From: a virus
Taxonomy: Duplodnaviria > Caudoviricetes
IMG/VR virus record: IMGVR_UViG_3300020045_008243
Coordinates: 1-49,746 of that record
Reading direction: 5' to 3' (one strand)
DNA length: 49,746 bases
The stretch's first letter is position 1; every line of letters starts with the position of its first letter. Both the position numbers and the translations under genes were made by a program. Positions 1 to 8,916 of this stretch are shown here, piece after piece. The notes beneath the pieces are model-generated. The model was not told where the DNA came from, ran no database searches, and saw only the letters and a list, made by a program, of their open reading frames with translations.

Positions 1-121
1 GGCAGGGAAAACCCGCACCCTCGATGCATGGGACTGGCTGTTGACCGAAAAAGATTCCCAGGACTCCGCGCAGTTCGGGATTAAGCCGGTGGCCGGCCTG
101 AAAGCCAAGACAAATATCACC
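1..121 (+). repeat. Exact 121-bp copy of 12317..12437 (inside the Rad50-like gene); probable chimeric contig end
   Basis: ggcagggaaaacccgcacc...caaatatcacc is identical at both places and diverges at 122/12438. Confidence 0.9.
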
Positions 122-431
122 CATCACCACGTCTCCCCATTGCCGCCGCCTCTTCCGCGGTCTTACGATCATGGCAATCCTCGCATAGGGTTTGAGAATT
201 TTCTTGAGACTCCGCGCCGCCCAGCTCCAAGGGTATTTTGTGATCTTGCCTCAACCTATCGGCATCAGGAATGACCGCCCCGCATTCTTTGCAGGTGTAA
301 TCGTCCCGATAGAACGTTTGTTTTCGGTTCTCTTGTAGCCGCCGGCCGGTGATCCGAGGTGTTGCCAGGCTCGCACCTCTCCGAACGTCAAGCGCTTTAA
401 GCCTTGGTTTCAGGGTCTTGAATCGTCCCAT
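117..431 (-). CDS. HNH endonuclease, packaging-associated (HK97 gp74-like); 3' end uncertain
   Basis: RDDYTCKECG...DHKIPLELGG..ENSQTLCEDCHDRKT motif; position at the end of the operon typical of cos phages; stop codon falls within the duplicated end. Confidence 0.85.
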   Translation of the reverse strand: MGRFKTLKPRLKALDVRRGASLATPRITGRRLQENRKQTFYRDDYTCKECGAVIPDADRLRQDHKIPLELGGAESQENSQTLCEDCHDRKTAEEAAAMGRRGDG

Positions 432-432
432 C

Positions 433-726
433 TCACCCCGGCATACGAGAGGGTTTCTCAGCCGGTCCGCTGTCCACCTCACGCTCTAAGTAATAATCAA
501 ATACAGGCGCTTGCATAACCGGCTTCTTTCCAAGTATTTCAAGCCGTTGAATGTCGAACCACAATGGCTCTCGTGGCTTGCCATCCTTGTCAAGTCCAGG
601 GTTGATGATGGTCTGAACACACCCATACAAATCAAAACCGACGTGCGTAATCGTGCCCTCAAGCCCGGTTATTTTGTCCTTTGCTTTGAATCCAAGTAAT
701 TTTAGATGGTTTCTTACTGTAATCAT
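433..726 (-). CDS. Hypothetical phage protein
   Basis: 97-aa ORF in operon; KDKITGLEGTIT...YGC pattern common in small phage proteins. Confidence 0.65.
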   Translation of the reverse strand: MITVRNHLKLLGFKAKDKITGLEGTITHVGFDLYGCVQTIINPGLDKDGKPREPLWFDIQRLEILGKKPVMQAPVFDYYLEREVDSGPAEKPSRMPG

Positions 727-875
727 TGCTTTTTCTCCTTGTTGGTTAATTGTTATTCGACTTCAATCGTCCCGTCTTTCCAGTACTCCAATCCGCACGC
801 AGCACACGCGCAAAACAATACCGAATAATAACCCACAGATAAGAAGCCTTACTTCATCAATAGCGTTTGGTTTTC

Positions 876-1496
876 TCACGTCAAAACCCCCTTACCACAA
901 GAGGCAAATATATTCCCTGTGACAGTCTCCCGGTTACATCCAACAGGCGCCTTGACCACAGCGCACCACGCCGGGAGCATCCGGTAAAGATCAAATACCT
1001 TTACGGCGGCATCGCAACCCTTGACCGCTACCGCAAGATAGCCCTCATTTAGCAGGCTGTTGATATAATGCCGTTGCTCCGGGCTCACTGTGCCGCCGTG
1101 CTGCCGCTTGAATTCGATATACAGGCCGTGGAATGGATACCGGGCTACCGGCCAGCAGACATCGGGGACACCCTCTTTGACGCCCTCCTCCTTGAGCTTC
1201 TTTCCGGTTATCATCGCCTCCAGCTTCCCGCTCTCGCCCTTCCCGCCACGACTCCCACCGTTGGGGATCGCATATGCCAGCAGATAACGCGGGTCTTTTT
1301 CGGCCTTGAAAAGAAACTCAAGCCACCGAAAGAAAGCAGCCTGCTCCTGGTGCTCACTTGGGCAAGGCGTCCGACCGCGTACAATCGATTTTAAGGCCGG
1401 TCTTTTTCTCCGCCCTTGCACAGACTCGGGCGATAGGATTTTAAGCCTTGGTTTTTGATCCTGGATAGGAAGGTTTGTGTTTTTGTCGGTTATCAC
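876..1496 (-). CDS. VRR-NUC (PD-(D/E)xK) nuclease, putative resolvase
   Basis: SEHQEQ...AIPNGG...EGVKEGVPD...LYIEFKR...SPEQ motifs. Confidence 0.85.
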   Translation of the reverse strand: MITDKNTNLPIQDQKPRLKILSPESVQGRRKRPALKSIVRGRTPCPSEHQEQAAFFRWLEFLFKAEKDPRYLLAYAIPNGGSRGGKGESGKLEAMITGKKLKEEGVKEGVPDVCWPVARYPFHGLYIEFKRQHGGTVSPEQRHYINSLLNEGYLAVAVKGCDAAVKVFDLYRMLPAWCAVVKAPVGCNRETVTGNIFASCGKGVLT

Positions 1497-1510
1497 TATG
1501 CGCCTCCCGG

Positions 1511-2014
1511 CTATTCAGCCAAAACAAGCTCGTTTGGGTATGCGGTTACCAACAGGTGGATGAAATAGATTGCCTGAGCTTCGGGCGTTCGGTATTCTTT
1601 CGCCGCGATCTCTTCCAAACGTGACCACAACAGATCGGTAAATACGATTGTGGCCGACTTGTTGGGCGGAGCTGGAGCCTCCACCGGGTCACGGCGAAAC
1701 ACGCCCTGAGATTTCTCAAGCAGCCTTGCAGCCTGATAGTGTTTTGTGCAAAGGCCACGGGAGACCTTCACCGACTTGCAGCCGAGTACCGCACATTTCT
1801 TTTCCGGAAGAGGCGGAAACTTCGGGATGCCCGGCACCACGGATATGCGCCCGGGTTCTTTTTTGGTTTCCGGTTTCAACAGTTCGGCGCCTATCGCTCC
1901 GCTTTCGATAGCCTCGGCGTATTTATATTTTTTATCACAGCCGACACATTCACCTTCGTTCTTCGGCTCGTTCAGCCGCTCACACGATGCACATGGACTT
2001 TTAAGCATAATCAC
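1511..2014 (-). CDS. Cys/His zinc-finger protein with C-terminal Arc/RHH-like segment
   Basis: CASC, CVGC, CAVLGC..RGLCTKHY; C-terminal TIVFTDLLWSRLEEIAAKEYRTPEAQA. Confidence 0.55.
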   Translation of the reverse strand: MIMLKSPCASCERLNEPKNEGECVGCDKKYKYAEAIESGAIGAELLKPETKKEPGRISVVPGIPKFPPLPEKKCAVLGCKSVKVSRGLCTKHYQAARLLEKSQGVFRRDPVEAPAPPNKSATIVFTDLLWSRLEEIAAKEYRTPEAQAIYFIHLLVTAYPNELVLAE

Positions 2015-2469
2015 CCTCCAAAAGTTTCGGTAAAAATGTTGTGCCAGATTTTAACGGCTTCGGCGGCCGCTTCGTGCTGGTCGATGGCCTCAAGGTTCGG
2101 ATCGAGGTAAGCGTAAACCCGGTTCATGGCGTCATAGGTCGCCCTTATTGCCGCTAACCTGCCCGCGTCTTTGATATGTCGCTTCAGGTCATCCATGAGT
2201 GCAAGGCCGAAAGAAAAATATTCTTGAATCCGGACATTGTTGAAATGTTTCTCGAACTGGATCAGCGCCCGGCCTATTTTCTTCATTTCCGATGTGGTTA
2301 TGGTATTGCCCGGCCATGACTTAAGTGCGGAAAAAGCTTCGACCTCCACCTGCAGGACCATTGCAGACAGCTCTGGATCTTTGTCGCCGGCAGCCGATAT
2401 TACCGTGGCGCATTGAGCCTCTATACATGCAAGGATCGCCATGGTTTTCAGGAATGATTTACTGGCCAA
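2011..2469 (-). CDS. Hypothetical all-alpha protein
   Basis: 152-aa ORF whose stop overlaps the start of the next gene. Confidence 0.65.
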   Translation of the reverse strand: MASKSFLKTMAILACIEAQCATVISAAGDKDPELSAMVLQVEVEAFSALKSWPGNTITTSEMKKIGRALIQFEKHFNNVRIQEYFSFGLALMDDLKRHIKDAGRLAAIRATYDAMNRVYAYLDPNLEAIDQHEAAAEAVKIWHNIFTETFGG

Positions 2470-2478
2470 TTGATTCCC

Positions 2479-3300
2479 CTATTTCCGATAACTCTGCCAA
2501 TCAAACGACACGACCGCCCCGCCGCCTTCCCGCATTCGGTCAAGGCACCTCTCGCCGATATATTCCGCCAACTCTTTTTCGGGTAGGTTCGAAATCATGA
2601 TCGTTGGCAGCATGTTTTCATAACGGCCGTTGGTGATTTGATAGAGGATTATTTTCTCTGTTTCGCTCCCGAATTGTACCCCTACTTCATCCAGGATCAG
2701 CAGTTGGGCATTTTGATATTCACCTATTGCCTGCCGTTCGGTGCGTTCTGAATTTTTTGAGAAAGTGGACTTCACGTTGGAGAGCGCCGCAAACACCGTG
2801 GCGTATTTCACCGAAACGGATTGCTGAAGGAGTTGATTGCCGATGGCACATGCAAGATGGGTCTTCCCGGTCCCGGGTAACCCACAAAAAACGAGCGATC
2901 CGCCGGCCGCCCTCCGGTCTTCAAATCCTTCTGCGTACTTTCTAGCAACCTTCAGGGCCAGGGAGGCGCCCATGTTGTACCCTGGCTGATAATTATCAAG
3001 CGAACACGCCAGAAACCGTTTCGGAATTCCAGATTTAACAATGGCCTCAGCAATACGACGGCGCTTTTCGATAGCATCCTCCATCTCGTTATTTTTTTTT
3101 GCGTCGGCTGCACACCCGGGGCAGAATGGCCCGAGTTTGTGCTTACCGCCAAAGCCATAAACCACCGTGCCTTCAAAATCACCGTGTCTTTCGCACGTTC
3201 CCCGCTCAATCTTTGAGCCAGGCGATTTGATCGGGAGGGGTTCCGATGTACTCTTTTCCGGAAAATTCATGTGCCTTACCTCCATGTTTCGGTTTCCCAT
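2479..3300 (-). CDS. DnaC/IstB-like helicase loader ATPase
   Basis: CERHG/CPGC zinc motif, Walker A GLPGTGKTHLA, Walker B LLILDEVG, DRMREGGG; directly downstream of the initiator. Confidence 0.9.
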   Translation of the reverse strand: MGNRNMEVRHMNFPEKSTSEPLPIKSPGSKIERGTCERHGDFEGTVVYGFGGKHKLGPFCPGCAADAKKNNEMEDAIEKRRRIAEAIVKSGIPKRFLACSLDNYQPGYNMGASLALKVARKYAEGFEDRRAAGGSLVFCGLPGTGKTHLACAIGNQLLQQSVSVKYATVFAALSNVKSTFSKNSERTERQAIGEYQNAQLLILDEVGVQFGSETEKIILYQITNGRYENMLPTIMISNLPEKELAEYIGERCLDRMREGGGAVVSFDWQSYRK

Positions 3301-4060
3301 TATTCATTTTCCCCCAAAGCTGTGCGAATTTTTCCCTAAGTTTTTCGGCGCTTAGGATGTTGCTCATCCAAAAATTGTCAGCCTGACACCAGACGATAAC
3401 CTTCTCGATTTCGAAAGGCTCGTGCCCGTCGATACGGGTCATTTTGTCGATAACCTCGGCCCAACTATCTATTTTTTTTGGAATTTTTGCCTTTGGGTTA
3501 TTTTGTACGATGAGGCCGCTCAATTTTTCTGCAAGTCCGAACGCGACAGAGTTCGGACAAGAAGGTTTTTCTTTCGGATTCGGATTCGGATTCGGATTCG
3601 GATTCCGCGCGTGCGAGGAACATATGCTATCATCCGCTATCATCTGCTTGCATGTGCTATCATCTGCTTGCACGTTGGTTCCGTTGACCGCGTCGATCAA
3701 TTCGCCGAGAGTTCCAAACATTTGTTCGTCCCTGGGCTCGGGCCAGCGTGAGCGCTTAGCGCGTTGCTGCTGATGCTTTTCCCATGTTTTGAATAATCCA
3801 TAAGGTTTTCCGTCGGTCCCAACGTAGAGCCTAACCAGTCCAGCGCTTTGGAGTTCAGCTATCCACCGGGCGAAATCGTTGCCGCGAATGGTGGGCCGCA
3901 GAGGGAACAAAGCCGATTGAAGCAGCTTCGGATCGCCCTGGAACCGGCCATAATCGTCAGCGAGCGTTATCAACCGATAGAAGGTGGACTCAGCTTGCGG
4001 GGACAGTTGGTCTATTTCGTAGGAGCAACGGACAGACTCTTTGATTATTCTGTTTGGCAT
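3206..4060 (-). CDS. Phage replication initiator (lambda O-like)
   Basis: MPNRIIKES...LITLADDYGRF N-terminal domain, NPNPNP linker, C-terminal FWMSNILSAEKLREKF; upstream of the loader. Confidence 0.85.
   Translation of the reverse strand: MPNRIIKESVRCSYEIDQLSPQAESTFYRLITLADDYGRFQGDPKLLQSALFPLRPTIRGNDFARWIAELQSAGLVRLYVGTDGKPYGLFKTWEKHQQQRAKRSRWPEPRDEQMFGTLGELIDAVNGTNVQADDSTCKQMIADDSICSSHARNPNPNPNPNPKEKPSCPNSVAFGLAEKLSGLIVQNNPKAKIPKKIDSWAEVIDKMTRIDGHEPFEIEKVIVWCQADNFWMSNILSAEKLREKFAQLWGKMNNGKPKHGGKAHEFSGKEYIGTPPDQIAWLKD
3626..3672. repeat. Putative origin iterons inside the initiator gene
   Basis: GCTATCATC at 3626, GCTATCATCTGCTTGCA at 3636 and 3656; next to a (TTCGGA)n run at about 3573-3605. 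Confidence 0.6.
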
Positions 4061-4097
4061 TTTTGTTTAACCATAACCTGTTTAAACGCCTCCTGTT

Positions 4098-6629
4098 TTA
4101 AGCCGCTATCGTTTCGGCTTCCTCAAGGTCAAAAAGAGATGGTGACCTCAATTCAATCTCAGTTCTTTTTAAATACCGAACACCATCAACAAACGACTCC
4201 GGTTTTAATTCACACCCGATTCCGAACCTCCCGAGTTTCATCGCCCTGAACGGCACGGTCATAAGCCCCGCAAATGGGTCAAACACACGGTCGCCAACGT
4301 TTGAATATCTGACGATAATTCGGTCAACAATGTCATATTGAAGCGGGCAGATATGGAAGGTTAGTTTCTTCTTGGACTGCTCCCCGTTCAGGGTCTGCAT
4401 CCGGTTTATGTCCTGCCACACGTCGGGATGCCAACTGCCAGGGGCAATGGCCATAAACGTGGCAGGAAGGGCGCCTTTAATTTCTAACGCCTCTCCGATC
4501 TTCACGTGCGCCTCGTAATCGTAAATCGTTTCAAGAGAGTGTTTTGTGAACAGGGACGCCAACCGATCAGGACCATACCCGGCAAGCTCATCCGCGTTTA
4601 AAAACCTCTCCCCTGAGCTTCTCCAAAATGAATGGGCGTCTACCTGCCAGCGGGCTCTTGTGTAATCGTCTTTTGATTTTACAACCGGAATGTCGGCGTA
4701 TGCTTTTGTCCGGTCCGTCTGTGGCTTATGAAAGATCAAGATATATTCAGGCGATCCGACACCCATTTTCGTCCCGTCCTTGCTCTGTTCCGTCCACCCG
4801 AGCCGATAGGTCTGATTGTTTTCCCGGACGACGTCCGTCACAACCGTGATCATCCCGAGATAATCAAAGCCATGCTTTATTGAGTGGAAAGTACATTCCA
4901 TATGGAACGGGGATACTGTCGGTATGCCCTTCCTGGTCACATTTCCGAAGTTGATCCGATCCTTAACGTGGCAAGCGTATATTCTGCCAGGCTTAAGTAC
5001 ACGAAGTAATTCAGGGGTAAGGTAGTCCATTTGCTCCCAGAACTGGCTGTTGTCTTTTGTCGCCCCAAAGTCATTATAGGAAGGGCAATATTGGTAATGA
5101 TTTGCAAAAGGAATCGATGTATGAATGAGGTCAACAGAATTACTCTCCATCTTCGCTGTTTCGTCAACACAATCGTTATTGATCGCTCTGTATTGTTCAC
5201 CGATTATTTCGACTCGTTTGCAGCCGATAGACTGCTTTAATTCATCTTCCATTTCTTGATGAGAAAGGCCGTACTTTTTAATTATCTCTGTCATTTTTGC
5301 CACCATTTCGCTGTGTTGGTTCCACTTCTTTTTTAGGATGTCCAGGATGCCTTGTTCGGTGTCGGAATATATCAAATGAATTTCGCAGGGGTGCTTTTGA
5401 AGAAATCTGTATATCCGGTGGATACTTTGGATAAAGTCGTTGAATTTAAAACCAATGCCAACAAAAATTGACTTGTGGCAGTGATATTGCAGGTTACAGC
5501 CCGAACCCGAAAGAATTGGTTTTGTGGCGAGGTATTTGAACTTCCCGTTTGAGAAATCAATAATCCGGTCTTCCCGGGTGTCAAGATCGAGCGATCCGAA
5601 AACCTCCATCGCTTCCGGGATCGCCTTCTTTATTGCGTGTCGCTCTGCTTCTTGGTCGTGCCATAAAACGTAGTGGTTATCCGGGTCGCCGTTTAGAATC
5701 TCAACCATCTTCTCGATTCGCTGAGGGAGACCATCCCTTTTTTCTTTTGCCGCCGACTTCAGCGACAACGAAGCATCGGGGAACATTCCAATCTGCCCGC
5801 TGCGGTCAATAGTCGGCCGGAAGCCGGTTTCAACCTTGTGGTAAAAAACTTTCAGTTCGGGGAGGTCATAACCATCGTCGCTATATCCAAGGTCTGACGG
5901 GCGCTGTAAAAAAATCGCCCACGATGCAAGCCAGAACCAGAACTCACGCTCTTTATGCGGGTATATGGTCAACTGGTTGGCTTTGGTTGAATCACGCTGG
6001 AAAAATCTAGTGAGCGCCTGCCCTGTATCCATAATCCCGAGAAACCCAGCATAATGAATCAACTCCTTATACCGGTTCGGCGATGGCGTAGCAGTAGCAA
6101 CAAACCGATATTTCACATTGTCGAAGAGGGTAAGAAATTCCTGAAAGGTTTTGCTTCCATAAGACCTTAGAACCGCGGCCTCATCGAGGGAGACCGCATT
6201 GAAAAGATTCGGATCAAGCCTTCCATCCCGGACACTTTCATAATTCGTGATGTAGAGACCGGGCCCGGAAAGCTCTTCGGTTCTCCGGATGAACTTGATT
6301 TCAATTCCGAGCATTTCCCGGGCATCACGCTTGAACTCCTGCCGGACCCCAAGAGGCGCTATTATGAGTTGCAACCCGCCTTCTCTTTCTCCGATCAGGC
6401 GCATAATCTCAAGCTGGATCGGAGTTTTGCCGAGTCCGAAGGCCGCGAATATCGCCCGGCGCCCGCCTCTTACTGCCCATCTTACGATGTCTTTCTGATG
6501 GGGTTTCCATGTATACGGTGGAAGCAGAGGTTTAATGTCGGAATCGATCACCTTGAAGCCCATCCGGCTATCAAGCTTCATTTTATCTTCTATAAACTCT
6601 TGATATGGCCTCACTTCGTCCGCCTCCAC
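4098..6629 (-). CDS. SNF2-like SF2 helicase fused to an N6A/N4C DNA methyltransferase
   Basis: FGLGKT, LDEAA, ATATPSPN, FIQSIHRIYRF in the N-terminal half; HTSIPF (motif IV-like), HICPLQ, VFDPFAG (SAM binding) in the C-terminal half. Confidence 0.85.
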   Translation of the reverse strand: MEADEVRPYQEFIEDKMKLDSRMGFKVIDSDIKPLLPPYTWKPHQKDIVRWAVRGGRRAIFAAFGLGKTPIQLEIMRLIGEREGGLQLIIAPLGVRQEFKRDAREMLGIEIKFIRRTEELSGPGLYITNYESVRDGRLDPNLFNAVSLDEAAVLRSYGSKTFQEFLTLFDNVKYRFVATATPSPNRYKELIHYAGFLGIMDTGQALTRFFQRDSTKANQLTIYPHKEREFWFWLASWAIFLQRPSDLGYSDDGYDLPELKVFYHKVETGFRPTIDRSGQIGMFPDASLSLKSAAKEKRDGLPQRIEKMVEILNGDPDNHYVLWHDQEAERHAIKKAIPEAMEVFGSLDLDTREDRIIDFSNGKFKYLATKPILSGSGCNLQYHCHKSIFVGIGFKFNDFIQSIHRIYRFLQKHPCEIHLIYSDTEQGILDILKKKWNQHSEMVAKMTEIIKKYGLSHQEMEDELKQSIGCKRVEIIGEQYRAINNDCVDETAKMESNSVDLIHTSIPFANHYQYCPSYNDFGATKDNSQFWEQMDYLTPELLRVLKPGRIYACHVKDRINFGNVTRKGIPTVSPFHMECTFHSIKHGFDYLGMITVVTDVVRENNQTYRLGWTEQSKDGTKMGVGSPEYILIFHKPQTDRTKAYADIPVVKSKDDYTRARWQVDAHSFWRSSGERFLNADELAGYGPDRLASLFTKHSLETIYDYEAHVKIGEALEIKGALPATFMAIAPGSWHPDVWQDINRMQTLNGEQSKKKLTFHICPLQYDIVDRIIVRYSNVGDRVFDPFAGLMTVPFRAMKLGRFGIGCELKPESFVDGVRYLKRTEIELRSPSLFDLEEAETIAA

Positions 6630-6820
6630 TCAATCAGCCCCCAAATAGAGAGCACAAAATAAACCGTAAAAAGAACCCCCTGAGCATGCAGGCCGGCAGA
6701 GAAATCAACGATGGCCCAGCAAAAATTCGTTCCGGCCCAGATTAGAAAACAAGACTTTTTCTTTTTGATGTTCAGGACCACCCCGAGAATAGAAAACGCC
6801 GTTATCCACCATGTGCTCAT
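6611..6820 (-). CDS. Small 3-TM PnuC/SemiSWEET-like membrane protein
   Basis: SILGVVLNIKK..CFLIW..TN..W...Q..LF.VYFVLSIWG..EW pattern. Confidence 0.6.
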   Translation of the reverse strand: MSTWWITAFSILGVVLNIKKKKSCFLIWAGTNFCWAIVDFSAGLHAQGVLFTVYFVLSIWGLIEWRRTK

Positions 6821-7101
6821 AAAAACATCTCCTCGAAATCCCCGGCGGGCATAACCTGAACCGCGCCGTTATCATCGAAAACAAGGTAATCCCCCGGGCA
6901 AATGAAACCCGAACCGACAAGGAAACCGTGATCCATATAGAAATGGTTGCACTTCTTGCAGACCTGGACGGATTCTGATTGGCTGCGTTCCGGCGCACTC
7001 TCCACATGCTCCGGGTGTCCTGAAAACCACCGAAGCGCATGGACTGTTGTCTCTCCGTTTGAATATTCTTTCATCGGGCACCTTGTTTTTGGTCGGTTCA
7101 T
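6817..7101 (-). CDS. Hypothetical phage protein
   Basis: ORF coupled to neighbours; CKKC..HG..ICPGDY. Confidence 0.6.
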   Translation of the reverse strand: MNRPKTRCPMKEYSNGETTVHALRWFSGHPEHVESAPERSQSESVQVCKKCNHFYMDHGFLVGSGFICPGDYLVFDDNGAVQVMPAGDFEEMFL

Positions 7102-7562
7102 TTTATTGCTTTAATTTGTTCGACCAAATCCTTGTATTTCAAATAAAAAGAGGTGGCTTCTCGGACCCACTCTGAAAAATTGGCCCCGGCCTCTTTCGCT
7201 ACAGCGCTGTAAGTTTTTTTCTCTTGAACTGTGAATCTTATGGTAAGCGGATTTGAATCTGCTGTTTTGTGAACCATATTGAGGGCTGGCTTTATTTTTC
7301 TGATGTAATAGCGCTCAAGTTCATCGATCTTTTCTGTGTCTGCGAGAATAAAAGATATTCTCTCCCTCTGATCGGCCGGTAAATATTTCAATGCGTGCCG
7401 GCACCAACGTTGTTTTAAGTTTGCCGACTTACCAATGTAAACTATCCCGTCTTTTCCAATGACAAAATAAATTCCAGGGGCGTCCGGCAAAGAATTCCTT
7501 TCCTCAAAACCACAGGTTCCGTTATATTCAAGATCGATGTTTTCTGCTGCCTTTCCGGTCAT
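7098..7562 (-). CDS. GIY-YIG nuclease domain fused to a C-terminal ribbon-helix-helix
   Basis: PGIYFV...VYIGKSANLKQRW..H...ERYYI..KPALN; then LTIRF...ANFSEWVREA. Confidence 0.8.
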   Translation of the reverse strand: MTGKAAENIDLEYNGTCGFEERNSLPDAPGIYFVIGKDGIVYIGKSANLKQRWCRHALKYLPADQRERISFILADTEKIDELERYYIRKIKPALNMVHKTADSNPLTIRFTVQEKKTYSAVAKEAGANFSEWVREATSFYLKYKDLVEQIKAIK

Positions 7563-7641
7563 TTATTCACCTTTGTAATACAAGCAGAATACGGTTTTTT
7601 AACACTTTTTAACAATTGACTTCACAAAGAATACAGACAGC

Positions 7642-7992
7642 CTAAATTTTTTTAGCTATCATTTTCCTAAACAGCTCAATCATTTCCGGTTGATTTGCCA
7701 GAAAGGAAAAAACATCATGATTTTGTATGAAACAGTTGATTTCTTCGAAACTGAAGTGGTTGCAGATCTCAATCCCCTTATTGACGAACTCGGAGAAGCT
7801 GGACCTCTCAGCACGCATGGCCCGATTCATGGCGTCAACCTTATCTGCGTCTATTCGTACCGTCTTCGGATCGGATTTGCATTGAGGGACCGGCTTGATT
7901 TCCCGGTGGTGGTGGTTGATTGTTATTTGACCGCCGCTGTGATTGTTAATTTGGTTGAATGGAAGCTCGCACTGCATGGTCATTCCTCCCAT
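7642..7992 (-). CDS. RHH-like regulator in the cII position
   Basis: KTVRIDADKVDAMNRAMRAERSSFSEFVNKG; directly downstream of the cro-like gene. Confidence 0.55.
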   Translation of the reverse strand: MGGMTMQCELPFNQINNHSGGQITINHHHREIKPVPQCKSDPKTVRIDADKVDAMNRAMRAERSSFSEFVNKGIEICNHFSFEEINCFIQNHDVFSFLANQPEMIELFRKMIAKKI

Positions 7993-8228
7993 GGGTTGAA
8001 TTTGAAAATGTCGTTGATGGTATCAACAACGGCCTGGCTCTTTCTGGTTCCCTCGATGGTCCTGGTGACGTATGGGGGGGAAACTCCGGCCCTTTTAGCT
8101 ATGCCCGCAAGGGTGGCGCCGGACGTTTCGAGCAAAAACCGGATGATCGGCCCTCGCGGGTATCCGGCAGAGATCAACTTTTTATATGTTTTTTCTGGCA
8201 ATATCTTGCCACTTGTGATAGGCGCCAT
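7980..8228 (-). CDS. Cro/Ner-like HTH regulator
   Basis: TLAGIAKRAGVSPPYVTRTIEGTRKS HTH; divergent from the repressor candidate. Confidence 0.8.
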   Translation of the reverse strand: MAPITSGKILPEKTYKKLISAGYPRGPIIRFLLETSGATLAGIAKRAGVSPPYVTRTIEGTRKSQAVVDTINDIFKFNPWEE

Positions 8229-8446
8229 TGTGGGGTCCGTTCTTCATGGAAAAGCAACCATCATGCCGCTGGTTTTTCTTGTTGTTCATATGCGAGTTCT
8301 ATTAGTTTTTTCGCATAACCCGGCATCTTGTCGGGTTTCCAGCGCCACTCATTATATCTGGTGTATGAAACGCCAAGGTATAGTGCGACTGCTTTGTGGG
8401 TTCCGAATCGGCCTTTTAGTTCTTTAAAAAATTTATCCATGGATGG

Positions 8447-8475
8447 TTTATAATGAATATCGTTATTTTTGTCAA
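8447..8475 (-). promoter_or_regulatory. Leftward early promoter (PR-like)
   Basis: Minus-strand TTGACA (8475-8470), 17-bp spacer, TATAAA (8452-8447). Confidence 0.6.
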
Positions 8476-8491
8476 TAACGAAATTAATTAC
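8450..8491. promoter_or_regulatory. Operator pair (OR-like), 17-bp pseudo-palindromes
   Basis: ATAATGAATATCGTTAT (8450-8466) and ATAACGAAATTAATTAC (8475-8491). Confidence 0.7.
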
Positions 8492-8504
8492 AATTTGAGA
8501 AATT

Positions 8505-8861
8505 ATGAGCGAAGACGGATATACGTTTGAACGGTGCTATGTTGAGGTAGTTGAAAAAATGTTGCAGGCCAGAAGCAGGAAGCCTGGGAACATACATACA
8601 GTGCCAAACCTATGCAAATATTTGTTTCCCGAAATGAAAAAACCAGATAATAAGTGGCAGGGATATAAGAAAAACCAGAAGCGAACAGGCAAGCCGATTC
8701 GGGTTACAGTTGAGGTTTTATATGACACCGCTGATTTTTTTGGGTATGAACACTTTGATTTTTTTAAAAAAATAATGGAGGCTTTTTTAAATACCCAAGA
8801 ACGCCAAAAAAGGCATATTGATAATAAATCTTCAAAACGAAACGGGACAGACAACAAATAG
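8505..8861 (+). CDS. Putative immunity repressor, short and lacking a peptidase domain
   Basis: Lies between two operator clusters and diverges from the cro-like gene; degenerate HTH-like (VTVEVLYDTADFFG). Confidence 0.55.
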   Translation: MSEDGYTFERCYVEVVEKMLQARSRKPGNIHTVPNLCKYLFPEMKKPDNKWQGYKKNQKRTGKPIRVTVEVLYDTADFFGYEHFDFFKKIMEAFLNTQERQKRHIDNKSSKRNGTDNK

Positions 8862-8916
8862 CCGAAGTTGTCTTACTTGATGAGTTCAAAAAACGAAAAG
8901 GGGGCGGGAGGCTGAA

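Noticed and set aside
1-121. Terminal direct repeat or circularity signal
   Set aside because: The matching copy is internal (12317), not at the other end, and head genes are missing, so the genome is incomplete
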